Below are positions 8,086 through 15,897 of a stretch of 19,687 nucleotides of DNA, piece after piece. The position numbers and the translations under genes are program-made. The stretch comes from Candidatus Jordarchaeia archaeon (GTDB taxonomy: Archaea; Asgardarchaeota; Jordiarchaeia; Jordiarchaeales; Jordiarchaeaceae): contig JAHQXB010000174.1 in assembly GCA_029856435.1 (NCBI GenBank), positions 1 to 19,687 on the forward strand. Reading direction: 5' to 3'. Below the pieces are notes generated by a model. It was not told the DNA's origin. It saw only the letters and a list, made by a program, of their open reading frames with translations, and did not search any database. Within the stretch, counting starts at the first letter, position 1, and every line of letters starts with the position of its first letter.

Positions 8086-9554
8086 AAATACCAGTACCTG
8101 CAGTTGAATTGTACAAAAATTACCAGAAGGCCATCAGCGAGATAAATCAAGCCTGGACCTCTTTTAACTTAGTTGAAGCTTTAACAAGAGAATTGAAAGG
8201 TATTAACATGATGACCTGTAAGGATTTGAGAGATGAGATAACTAGTATTTACGATGAGTTAATGAAGAATTTGAGTTCCATCAAAAAATCCCAAGACACC
8301 AAGGAATCGAAAAAAACCCAAAGTAGGCTGGAAAAGCTGGAAAAGAAACTGGATGTGGAGCAAAATTCCATTGATTCTGTGGGCAAACTAAAAAAGTATG
8401 TTGAGCAGAGGAAAAACTGGGTCTGGAACAAAATTATGAATGAGGAGCAAAAAAAGGTTAATTTCAATCTCAGCGAGACGATAGCTAATTTTAGCTTAAT
8501 CCCACCAGTGAGTGTAATGCTAGGCATAGGAGTTAAGGACGCATACCAGAATATCTGTGACATAGCCAAGAGTGAACGAGAGACCATAGAGAAAATTATC
8601 GAGTTCATAAAAGACGAGAAACCAGCATTAGAGGAACAGTTAAGGCAACTAGTCAAAAAACTAGAAATTTTCCGGGAACTGGAGCAAAAAATGGAAAAGG
8701 TTGTTAAGAATTATAAAAAATTTGAAAAGATTCTTGAAACCCCACACCCGCTTTTTCAGCTGGATAAAGTTATTCTGGAGGAGGTTTGTCAAGAGTTTAC
8801 CGTTGATCCCTTTTTCAAGAGTGGTAGCGAGTTAGTGGAAACCTACATGGACTTGGCATTCTGGGATGATGATAAAACTCCAGCGGTTAAAAAACTGATA
8901 AATTATGTGTTTCTGCAGTCTCTTGGGAGGAAAATTCCATCAAAGACTATGGTTGAGCGATTCAAAGAGATTCTAAAGAGGGGCGGAGAAGAATTTGACA
9001 TTGAAAAAGCCGCCAAAAAAGTTTTGGAAGAGTATATGGCTCAGTTTAACCTTTATTGGCAGGTACAGATGATGAGCGTAGAATTGGCACTCTTGGCGCC
9101 TGAACTGTGGAAGAAGTATAAAAACAAGGAGGATAGAACCAAAGAGTATGAATCCATTAAATTGGACATTAACAATATAGAGAAAGACCTTCCGCAATTT
9201 GTTGTCGAAGATGGTTTACCAACAATGGAGTTAGGCACAATAAGTATGGAATTTTTTGGTGACCAGAAAAAAGCGGTAGCAGAGTGTTTCGGTGAAGGAG
9301 CTTACAAATTTATAGAAAAGGAGGGGGGCAACGTGGAGGTGAAACTCACATTTCCTTGGCTTAAAAATTTGGATCCCACCTCCAATTCTCTGAGAGCGTG
9401 GCTGAGAGCCTATACTTGGAATAAATTCATGAAAGAAAAGGGAAGAAAATATCAAGCTTACCAGAAAATAATGAGCCTTTACGGTTCTGGGACAGAAGCA
9501 GAGTTTAAGAGGTTTATGGAGTACATGAAGGAAGTTATTCATGACGGTAAATGA
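8082..9554 (+). CDS. Hypothetical helical/coiled-coil protein, 490 aa
   Basis: TTGA start/stop overlap with the upstream gene and an SD-like GGTGATGAGG before it. Heptad-like stretches (RLEKLEKKLDVE, LEEQLRQLVKKLEIFRELEQKME). Confidence 0.8.
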   Translation: MKIPVPAVELYKNYQKAISEINQAWTSFNLVEALTRELKGINMMTCKDLRDEITSIYDELMKNLSSIKKSQDTKESKKTQSRLEKLEKKLDVEQNSIDSVGKLKKYVEQRKNWVWNKIMNEEQKKVNFNLSETIANFSLIPPVSVMLGIGVKDAYQNICDIAKSERETIEKIIEFIKDEKPALEEQLRQLVKKLEIFRELEQKMEKVVKNYKKFEKILETPHPLFQLDKVILEEVCQEFTVDPFFKSGSELVETYMDLAFWDDDKTPAVKKLINYVFLQSLGRKIPSKTMVERFKEILKRGGEEFDIEKAAKKVLEEYMAQFNLYWQVQMMSVELALLAPELWKKYKNKEDRTKEYESIKLDINNIEKDLPQFVVEDGLPTMELGTISMEFFGDQKKAVAECFGEGAYKFIEKEGGNVEVKLTFPWLKNLDPTSNSLRAWLRAYTWNKFMKEKGRKYQAYQKIMSLYGSGTEAEFKRFMEYMKEVIHDGK

Positions 9555-10208
9555 TTAAGGGTCTAAGCCCAATATTTTTCTCAAAATTTTTTCCAGCTCA
9601 TTCCTATCGAGAAGTCCTACAATTTCACCAACCTTTTTCTTCTCATCAAGAATATAAACGGTGGGCAATTTTTTGATTCTACTTTTGAAAACCTCTTTTA
9701 TTTTACCAGAGAATTTCATTTTAACGATAGAGTCCCCTTCGCATAATTGCATTTTCTCAACTGTTTCCCTTAATGTTCTTTCAAATTCTACACATTTTTG
9801 GGCACCTGACGTAAAAAACAGGAAGAGCAGTTTTCTGTGAATCTTCTCAAAGCTGAGCAAATTATACATACACTCTCTACAGATGTTCTCGGGATCGAAT
9901 AGACTGGTAGCCAACCTGTACAATTCACTAAACACTTCCTCAAAGACTAATTTCCCTCTCACCCTAATCGGCAAACCCGTGGAGCCACAACGGATTAGTC
10001 CAGAATTATCAGCATATAGAATATCATAACAGGCATTCTCATCATTTGTAGGCAAATCTATTTCAACATGGACAGGTAAAACAAGGGATAATGGGTGAAG
10101 CTCACTCCTCCCAAGGCAAAAATATTCCTCCTTATATTTAAAAAGGCAGGGACAAATATGATAAACACTTTTAACAACCTTTTCCTCACCCATAAGGAAA
10201 GCCGCCAT
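9555..10208 (-). CDS. Cys-rich N-terminal domain fused to a C-terminal thioredoxin-like domain with a degenerate CxxC
   Basis: The C-terminal ~95 aa fit the Trx pattern: FLFFTSGAQKC (AxxC at the CxxC position), IKKLPTVYI (cis-Pro site), IVG..DRNELEKIL. ORF track starts at GTG 10364, but a TATA-like box near 10247-10258 favours ATG 10208 or 10193. Confidence 0.65.
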   Translation of the reverse strand: MAAFLMGEEKVVKSVYHICPCLFKYKEEYFCLGRSELHPLSLVLPVHVEIDLPTNDENACYDILYADNSGLIRCGSTGLPIRVRGKLVFEEVFSELYRLATSLFDPENICRECMYNLLSFEKIHRKLLFLFFTSGAQKCVEFERTLRETVEKMQLCEGDSIVKMKFSGKIKEVFKSRIKKLPTVYILDEKKKVGEIVGLLDRNELEKILRKILGLDP

Positions 10209-10511
10209 TAAAAGCTTAGAAGCATGTTTATGGTGTCCTTGAGGATTTAAATATAAAAAATTTCTGATAAAACCGTTCCCCCAAAAATTGCAAGTGTGGA
10301 GTAAAAATTTTTCGATTTTAAGTAGCTTCAATTTTAAATTTACGTTTTTGCTTCTTTTTTCCACTTAAAGCGGAAAGAACCAATCCTATCAAAAAATAAA
10401 ATAAAAGGTTAGAGGGGAATAAACACAAACACGGTAAATTTAACATTATCATATAGTTTTAACTCTATCGGCGGGAGGTCTCCCTGTGAGGGGGGATGAG
10501 AGCCCATAGTC

Positions 10512-10518
10512 TTATAAA
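10512..10518 (+). promoter_or_regulatory. TATA box (TTATAAA) just inside the element's left end
   Basis: Archaeal TATA-like motif positioned to drive transcription into the element. Activity not demonstrated. Confidence 0.45.
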
Positions 10519-10672
10519 GGCATAGTTGTATTAGAATGGCGATGTAGAATTGTTCGGTTTCGCCTCAAAAAAGGGGTGTTTATAGGGCTTCTTTCACGAT
10601 TTGGAGCCTTATTAGGGAGATGGAACCGAATAAATCTGCATCACCAAATATGAAGCTAGAAAAGTTTTTATA

Positions 10673-10700
10673 TCATACCAACCAAATTGGGTTGGTATGA
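10673..10700. repeat. Perfect 11-bp inverted repeat with 6-nt loop, overlapping the LAGLIDADG start codon
   Basis: TCATACCAACC (10673-10683) / AAATTG / GGTTGGTATGA (10690-10700). The ATG is at 10697-10699. Confidence 0.9.
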
Positions 10701-11098
10701 ACGATACTGATTTAGCATATATTGCAGGATTTTTTGATGGTGAAGGTAGCATATTTATTTCCAAGTCGAAAAAGCAATACTTTCTTACTGTAAGCATTAG
10801 CAATACGAATCTACCTGTATTAGAGAGTATAAGAGCTATGGGTGGAAATATATCGAAAAGCCCAGACAATCGTGAGAATCATTCTCAGCTTTTTAGGCTG
10901 AGATTATATTGTAATGAGGCAAAGAAGTTCTTAGAAAAGATACTACCTTACCTCAGAATCAAGAAAGAGCAAGCAAAATTAGCAATAGAGTTTCAGTCTA
11001 AAATGGAGTTGGGAAAACTCACCATTCCAAAGGAAGAACAGGAGAAATATAGAATTCAAATCAACATATTTAACAAAAAGAGACGAGAAAGCTGGTAG
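10697..11098 (+). CDS. Single-motif LAGLIDADG homing endonuclease (I-CreI-like, predicted homodimer), 133 aa
   Basis: LAYIAGFFDGEGSI motif with the acidic catalytic residue present, beta-saddle strands, and FLEKILPYLRIKKEQAKL matching the I-CreI-type helix/Lys pattern. Confidence 0.92.
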   Translation: MNDTDLAYIAGFFDGEGSIFISKSKKQYFLTVSISNTNLPVLESIRAMGGNISKSPDNRENHSQLFRLRLYCNEAKKFLEKILPYLRIKKEQAKLAIEFQSKMELGKLTIPKEEQEKYRIQINIFNKKRRESW

Positions 11099-11225
11099 GA
11101 TAGTGATAAAGGTGAACCCAAGAGGAACATCAAAAGAACATATGGAAATAGAGGGTAGAGATTATAGAGCCTCACTAAACATATTGAAGAGAGGCTTATC
11201 GGGGCCGGCCCTATGCGCCTGCTGA
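11088..11225 (+). pseudogene. tnpB: 3' remnant of tnpB (IS200/IS605 RNA-guided nuclease)
   Basis: Hand translation in frame 3: KAGRIVIKVNPRGTSKEHMEIEGRDYRASLNILKRGLSGP. This carries the TnpB 'V.P..TS' and RuvC-III 'RD.nAs.NIl' motifs, has no Zn-ribbon, and has no start or RuvC-I/II upstream. Confidence 0.8.
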
Positions 11226-11327
11226 GATGGAACCCCTACTGGTAGAGATACCGGCAAACTCCATTATTGAAGCAGGAAGCCCCTTCCAATAGGGAGGGGC
11301 AGTTCACTAAGCTTAAAGAGTATATAA
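11090..11327 (+). ncRNA. Putative omegaRNA (reRNA)-like scaffold, with guide-equivalent flank 11308-11327
   Basis: Inferred from position: TnpB guide RNAs overlap the tnpB 3' end and right end, and take their guide from the adjacent flank. GC-rich stem-forming sequence lies at 11200-11300. Boundaries approximate; expression unknown. Confidence 0.45.
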
Positions 11328-11398
11328 TAGGGAAAAACCAAAAACATAATTAGTGCAGAAAACAAAATAGGTATTAAGTTAGATTGGGATGTGATAAA

Positions 11399-11608
11399 TT
11401 GTCTGATAAAGCAAGCGACCAACTAATAAAATTTCTCTCGAAAAAAGGCGACTACTACGTTGAACTCGCCCAACAGCATCTTCACGACAATGAACCTGAA
11501 AAGGCGAAGGAGCTGCTCGAGAGCGCAGTCAACTTCTACAGCAAAGCCGGATTAAAGGATAAGATTGAAGAAACAAGGAAAAGAATAGAAGCCATAGGAA
11601 AAAAATAG
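11399..11608 (+). CDS. Small helical-hairpin (TPR-like) hypothetical protein, 69 aa
   Basis: GDYYVELAQQH...PEKAKELLESAVNFYSKAG resembles a single TPR/SNAP-like repeat. Start TTG 11399 (ORF track: 11384). Confidence 0.65.
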   Translation: MSDKASDQLIKFLSKKGDYYVELAQQHLHDNEPEKAKELLESAVNFYSKAGLKDKIEETRKRIEAIGKK

Positions 11609-11699
11609 TAGCCAAATGTTAAATTTCTTGTTCGTTTGGATATAATTACAGAGTAGCCTCCAGAAATTTAGCCTTTATTTTAAAAAGGGTGGAAGTCTG

Positions 11700-12743
11700 C
11701 TATTGGAATCCGACGCCGTCAATTTTGGCTCCGCATTTGGGGCACTTTGAATCCTTAATTTTATTTGCTAAAATGCTGAAGCCGTATCTGCGAATCAACA
11801 TTTCCCCACAATTGTAGCAGAAGGTATTTGCTCCCTCTTCGCCTGGAATGTTGCCCTCATAAACATATCTTAAACCCTCCTCCAATCCGATCCTCCTAGC
11901 CTTACGTAGGGTTTCTGGAGGAGTGGGGGGTTTCCCAGTTAATTTATAGGCGGGGTAGAAAGCTGTAACGTGCCAAGGTATCTCTTCGCCCACGCCTTTA
12001 ATGAAGCGCGCAATCTGTCTCAGTTCATCGTCGGAATCGTTGAGACCGGGGATTATGAGCGTGGCTATCTCTATCCAAATCCCCAACTCTTTGTAAAGTT
12101 TGATTGATTCAAGCAGCGGCTCCAATCTGGCGCCGCATATTTTGCGATAGAAATCATCGCTGAAACTTTTCAAATCAATGTTTGCAGCGTCCAAGTAGGG
12201 AGCAATGGTTCTAAGCGCCTCTTCACCAATGTATCCATTGGTGACAAAAATATTTTTCAATCCTTCCTTGCTTGAGATTTTAGCGATGTCATAGGCGTAT
12301 TCGAAAAATATTGTGGGTTCAGTATAAGTATAGGAGATGCTCCTGCACCCCTGTGCTATGGCGTCTCTGACAATTTCTGCAGGAGTTAAGTTCTCTCCCA
12401 CTATCATACGTCTATCTCTGGGCATCTGAGAGATTTCGTAGTTTTGACAGTGTTCACACCTAAAGTTGCAACCTGGTGTAGCAATAGAGTAGGTATCTGT
12501 TCCGGGAAGGAAATGGTATAGGGGCTTCTTCTCCACTGGGTCCACATTTATGGAAACCACTTTTCCGTAGACCAGCGAATACAGGGTACCGCCTCTATTT
12601 TCTCTCACGGCGCAGATTCCAGTTTTTCCATCTGCAATAATGCATTCGTGGCGGCAAAGGTGGCACTGCACCCTGTTATCTTCCAACTTTTCATAAAACA
12701 TAGCTTCTCTCGTATTAATCCCATCCAAATATGTACACGTCAC
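11700..12743 (-). CDS. amrS: AmmeMemoRadiSam system radical SAM enzyme
   Basis: VQCHLCRHEC...GICAVREN, DPVEKKPLYHFLPG, radical SAM motif CNFRCEHCQN, SYTYTEP and C-terminal CYNC/CPKC. True start may be ATG 12701. Confidence 0.92.
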   Translation of the reverse strand: MTCTYLDGINTREAMFYEKLEDNRVQCHLCRHECIIADGKTGICAVRENRGGTLYSLVYGKVVSINVDPVEKKPLYHFLPGTDTYSIATPGCNFRCEHCQNYEISQMPRDRRMIVGENLTPAEIVRDAIAQGCRSISYTYTEPTIFFEYAYDIAKISSKEGLKNIFVTNGYIGEEALRTIAPYLDAANIDLKSFSDDFYRKICGARLEPLLESIKLYKELGIWIEIATLIIPGLNDSDDELRQIARFIKGVGEEIPWHVTAFYPAYKLTGKPPTPPETLRKARRIGLEEGLRYVYEGNIPGEEGANTFCYNCGEMLIRRYGFSILANKIKDSKCPKCGAKIDGVGFQ

Positions 12744-12752
12744 CTTTAAAAT

Positions 12753-12827
12753 TAAGTTTATCTCGCATTAAATAGTTTCGAGTCCTAATTCACTAAACCT
12801 CACATGTACTAAATAAGTTATCTCGCA
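12753..12827. repeat. Direct repeat TAAGT(T)TATCTCGCA x2 in the amrS/acd divergent intergenic region
   Basis: Copies at 12753-12767 and 12814-12827. The shared core TTATCTCGCA recurs exactly 60 bp apart. Confidence 0.7.
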
Positions 12828-12882
12828 GGATAGTGCAAAAGGTTAAATCCTAGGAAGAAACCGTTTTGAAAAGATAGACTGG

Positions 12883-14307
12883 TTGACGGTGAGAATTTTG
12901 AGGGAAGACTCGAGCCTTGAGACATTCTTTAGTCCCAAGTCTGTGGCTATAATAGGCGCTAGTGAAAAGCTCAGATTTGGATACTTTGTAACAAAGAGTA
13001 TTCTTGCCCGCACCGATATGAGAGCTTATCCAGTACACATTAGTGCCGATAAGGTTATGGGTGTTAAGGCTTACAAATCTGTGAAGGATATTCCAGAAGT
13101 CGTGGATTTAGCAATTTTTCTTGTTCCAAGCGAAGCCGCCCCAACTGCTATACGGGAATGCGCTGAGAAGGGAATAAAGCATGTGATAGTTCTCTCCGCA
13201 GGCTTCGCCGAGGTAGACGAAGTTGGCAAACAGAGACAAGAAGAAATTGTGAGGGTAGCGAGGGAAAACGGAATCCGGGTCATAGGTCCAAACTGTGTTG
13301 GTGTAACCAACGTGTCGAACCGATTTACCACAGCTGAAATTGATATAGATAGTTTGAAGGAGGGAAGCGTAGCCTTCATAGCCCAGTCGGGTATATTTGG
13401 AACTGTGATAATAGATTGGGCCGCCGCCAATGAGTTTGGACTGAGCAAAATCGTAACGCTGGGTAACAAGTGTGATGTTGACGAAGTAGACCTCCTAAAC
13501 TATTTGGAAAAAGACGATAAAACCAGAGTTATCTGCTTGTACTTGGAAGGAATAAAAAAGGGGAGGGGAAGAGAATTTATTGAAACATTTAAACGAGTAT
13601 CCAAAAATAAGCCGATTCTAGTCCTCAAAAGTGGAAGAACCCAAACAGGTGCCAGAGCGGTGAGGAGCCATACGGGAAGCCTCGCCGGCGATGATCGAAT
13701 ATTTGACGCGGTTCTCAAACAGACCGGGGCACTGAGAGTGGACAGCGTTGAAGAACTCCTTGACTTTGCAAAAGTCTTGGCCACTCAGCCACTTCCCAAA
13801 AGTGAAGGAATCGCAATAATAACTAATTCAGGCTCACTGGCTGCCATGACCTGCGACGAACTAGAAAAATTGCACATGGAATTGACTAGCTTTGAGCCTC
13901 AAACAACTGAAAAGATGAGAAAGATTGCTCCCTACTGGACATCCATCAAAAACCCTGTAGATATTGGTCCAGCTATGTTGCAGATCGGATCCCAAATATT
14001 GGAAGCAGTTCTTGAGGATAAAAACGTGGGGTGCTTACTAATAATTTCCTCACCTCCCGGAATACTGGTTAAGAAGAATGGTATGGGTTTAGATTTGGTG
14101 CCCTTCTACAAGGTTTACAAAAGAATAATTGATAAACACCGGGAAAAAGCCATCATCTTCTCAAGCTTCGGGGACTACGACACGGTTCAGGCAGCCAAAG
14201 AAGTTTTCGAAAAATCGGGAATACCAGTAGTAAGCTCTGTTCAGAATGCGGCAAGAGCAATAGCCGCCCTCTACCAATACAAGAAATATTTAGAAAAGAG
14301 TAAATAG
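12883..14307 (+). CDS. acdA: NDP-forming acyl-CoA synthetase (acetate--CoA ligase type), alpha subunit
   Basis: FFSPKSVAIIGAS CoA-binding domain, RVIGPNCVG, AQSG, LGNKCDVDE, LYLEG, phospho-His motif SHTGSLAG, and TNSG. No ATP-grasp domain. Substrate specificity unknown. Confidence 0.88.
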   Translation: MTVRILREDSSLETFFSPKSVAIIGASEKLRFGYFVTKSILARTDMRAYPVHISADKVMGVKAYKSVKDIPEVVDLAIFLVPSEAAPTAIRECAEKGIKHVIVLSAGFAEVDEVGKQRQEEIVRVARENGIRVIGPNCVGVTNVSNRFTTAEIDIDSLKEGSVAFIAQSGIFGTVIIDWAAANEFGLSKIVTLGNKCDVDEVDLLNYLEKDDKTRVICLYLEGIKKGRGREFIETFKRVSKNKPILVLKSGRTQTGARAVRSHTGSLAGDDRIFDAVLKQTGALRVDSVEELLDFAKVLATQPLPKSEGIAIITNSGSLAAMTCDELEKLHMELTSFEPQTTEKMRKIAPYWTSIKNPVDIGPAMLQIGSQILEAVLEDKNVGCLLIISSPPGILVKKNGMGLDLVPFYKVYKRIIDKHREKAIIFSSFGDYDTVQAAKEVFEKSGIPVVSSVQNAARAIAALYQYKKYLEKSK

Positions 14308-14387
14308 CCAAAAGAGACTAATCATTTTCAAATAACTGTTTACTCATTTATTTACAAAATGGGAATTAATGTTTTGGAGAGATTAGT

Positions 14388-14696
14388 ATGGTTAAAGAAG
14401 CAATTGTCATGGAGCCCAAAGACAATGTAGCAACCGTCATAGAAGACGTAGAACAGGGAACAAGTATCCAAGTAAATATAGGTGGAAAAACAAAGAGTAT
14501 TAAAGTAAAGCAGAAGATTCCATTCGGCCACAAGTTCGCAATAATAAAGATACCCAAAGGAGAGAAGGTAATTAAATATGGTGAAGTAATAGGGTTGGCC
14601 AGTCAACCTATCGATGAGGGAGAACACGTCCACGTCCACAATGTGGAAAGCGTCTACTCCAAAGAGTTGGTGCAGGAAAGGAGGGAAAAGAAATGA
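14388..14696 (+). CDS. UxaA family SAF-domain small subunit (altronate dehydratase / SuyA-like)
   Basis: DNVAT, IPFGHKFA, GEKVIKYGEVIG and GEHVHVHNVES motifs. SD GGAGAG 6 nt before the ATG. Confidence 0.9.
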   Translation: MVKEAIVMEPKDNVATVIEDVEQGTSIQVNIGGKTKSIKVKQKIPFGHKFAIIKIPKGEKVIKYGEVIGLASQPIDEGEHVHVHNVESVYSKELVQERREKK

Positions 14697-15853
14697 GTTT
14701 CCAAGGATTCAGAAGGGACGACGGAACAGTTGGAACAAGAAACAACATTCTAGTAATTTCAACCGTGGTTTGCGCCAACCAAGTCGCATTAAACGTAGCC
14801 AACAATGTAGAAGACGCAGTCTCCATCACGCACCCCATGGGATGCGGGCACCTAGGGGCAGACTTCATGCGGGTTTTGTCCACCCTTGTAGGTTTTGGAA
14901 AAAACCCCAACGTCGCAGCCGTATTAGTGGTGGGGCTAGGATGCGAAAACATGTCAGCTAAACTGGTCGCCGACGAGATTGCAAAGTCCAAGAAGCCAGT
15001 ACAGTACATAAACATCCAAGACGAGGGAGGAACCCTAAAAGCCACCAAAAGGGGAACAGAAATACTGTTGGCCCTCTCTGAGGAGGCTTCCGAGTATACC
15101 CGAGAAAAATGTGACTTAAGCGAGCTAATACTGGGCTTGGAGTGCGGTGGATCCGACGCCACCTCAGGACTAGTGGCAAACCCTGCAGTGGGAGTAGCAG
15201 CAGACATGGTGGTGAAAGCCGGGGGAACAGTTATTCTGCCAGAAGCCACGGAGTGGATAGGAGCCGAACACCTCCTGGCAAGAAGGGCAGTAAACGAGGA
15301 TGTTAAAAATAAAATCTATGCCACAGTGGACAGGTACATAAACAGGGTTCTCTCCATGGGCATCGATCCTCGGGGTTCACAACCGACTCCGGGAAACATT
15401 GCCGGCGGTATAACTACCATAGAGGAGAAATCACTGGGAAACATTTGCAAGGCAGGGTACTCAGCCGTCCAAGGAGTATTGAACTATGCAGAGAAACCTC
15501 CCGGAAAAGGGTTGTATCTTATGGACGAACCGGGACTGGATGTTGAATCAATTACTGGCCTGGCGGCTGCGGGGTCGCAGATAATAACTTTTACCACTGG
15601 CTTGGGTACCCCAGCAGGAAGCCCCATAGCTCCGGTAATCAAAATAACTGGCAACCACCGCACATTTGAGAAAATGAGTGATAACATAGATATCGATGTG
15701 AGCAGCGTTTTGGAAGGCAAGGAAAACCTGAAACAGGCGGGTGAGAGAATTTTCAAAGTGATTCTGGAAGTAGCCTCAGGAAAAAGAACAAAAGCCGAAA
15801 CACTTAAAAATCGGGAATTCGCCATCTACAGAGCCTGGCAATACATGGTCTAA
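14693..15853 (+). CDS. UxaA family dehydratase/lyase large subunit (altronate or galactarate dehydratase / SuyB-like)
   Basis: GFRRDDGTVGTRN, HPMGCG, VVGLGCE, ECGGSDATSG..ANP, GNIAGGITTIEEKSLG and FTTGLG motifs. ATGA overlap with the small subunit. Confidence 0.92.
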   Translation: MSFQGFRRDDGTVGTRNNILVISTVVCANQVALNVANNVEDAVSITHPMGCGHLGADFMRVLSTLVGFGKNPNVAAVLVVGLGCENMSAKLVADEIAKSKKPVQYINIQDEGGTLKATKRGTEILLALSEEASEYTREKCDLSELILGLECGGSDATSGLVANPAVGVAADMVVKAGGTVILPEATEWIGAEHLLARRAVNEDVKNKIYATVDRYINRVLSMGIDPRGSQPTPGNIAGGITTIEEKSLGNICKAGYSAVQGVLNYAEKPPGKGLYLMDEPGLDVESITGLAAAGSQIITFTTGLGTPAGSPIAPVIKITGNHRTFEKMSDNIDIDVSSVLEGKENLKQAGERIFKVILEVASGKRTKAETLKNREFAIYRAWQYMV

Positions 15854-15897
15854 AAACATTTTAAAGAAAGAAAATAGAGGGAAGGGATTGGTTGGGC

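Larger units (their letters stand above)
10463..11307 (+). mobile_element. Non-autonomous IS200/IS605-derived element carrying a LAGLIDADG gene in place of most of tnpB
   Basis: Left: follows TTTAA (10458-10462) and has a GC-rich subterminal hairpin TCTCCCT-GTG-AGGGGGG (10479-10495). Right: tnpB C-terminal remnant, then GAAG, hairpin GCCCCTTCC-AATA-GGGAGGGGC (11279-11300) and terminal TTCAC (11303-11307). No TIRs and no target duplication, as expected for this family. The exact left boundary is uncertain by a few nt. Confidence 0.75.

Noticed and set aside
10620-10700. Short ORF as a remnant of the tnpB N-terminus (KF.LY.T..Q) or, in another frame, of tnpA (ITKY..RKVF)
   Set aside because: Both similarities are only a few residues long and cannot be told from chance by eye, so neither is called as a feature.
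10697-11098. LAGLIDADG as part of an intein or an rRNA/tRNA intron
   Set aside because: No intein Cys/Ser start or His-Asn end, no host exons, and no rRNA or tRNA sequence on either side. A bulge-helix-bulge intron within the former tnpB cannot be fully excluded.
14326-14339. TTTTCAAATAACTG resembling the IS end at 747-759
   Set aside because: Needs an indel, lies in AT-rich intergenic DNA, and has no transposase or GC shift nearby.
14352-15249. Antisense and alternative-frame ORFs over the UxaA-type genes, and similar shadows over aor, the 651/490-aa genes, acdA, the acyl-CoA dehydrogenase and gyaR
   Set aside because: They overlap well-supported genes and show no recognisable motifs.
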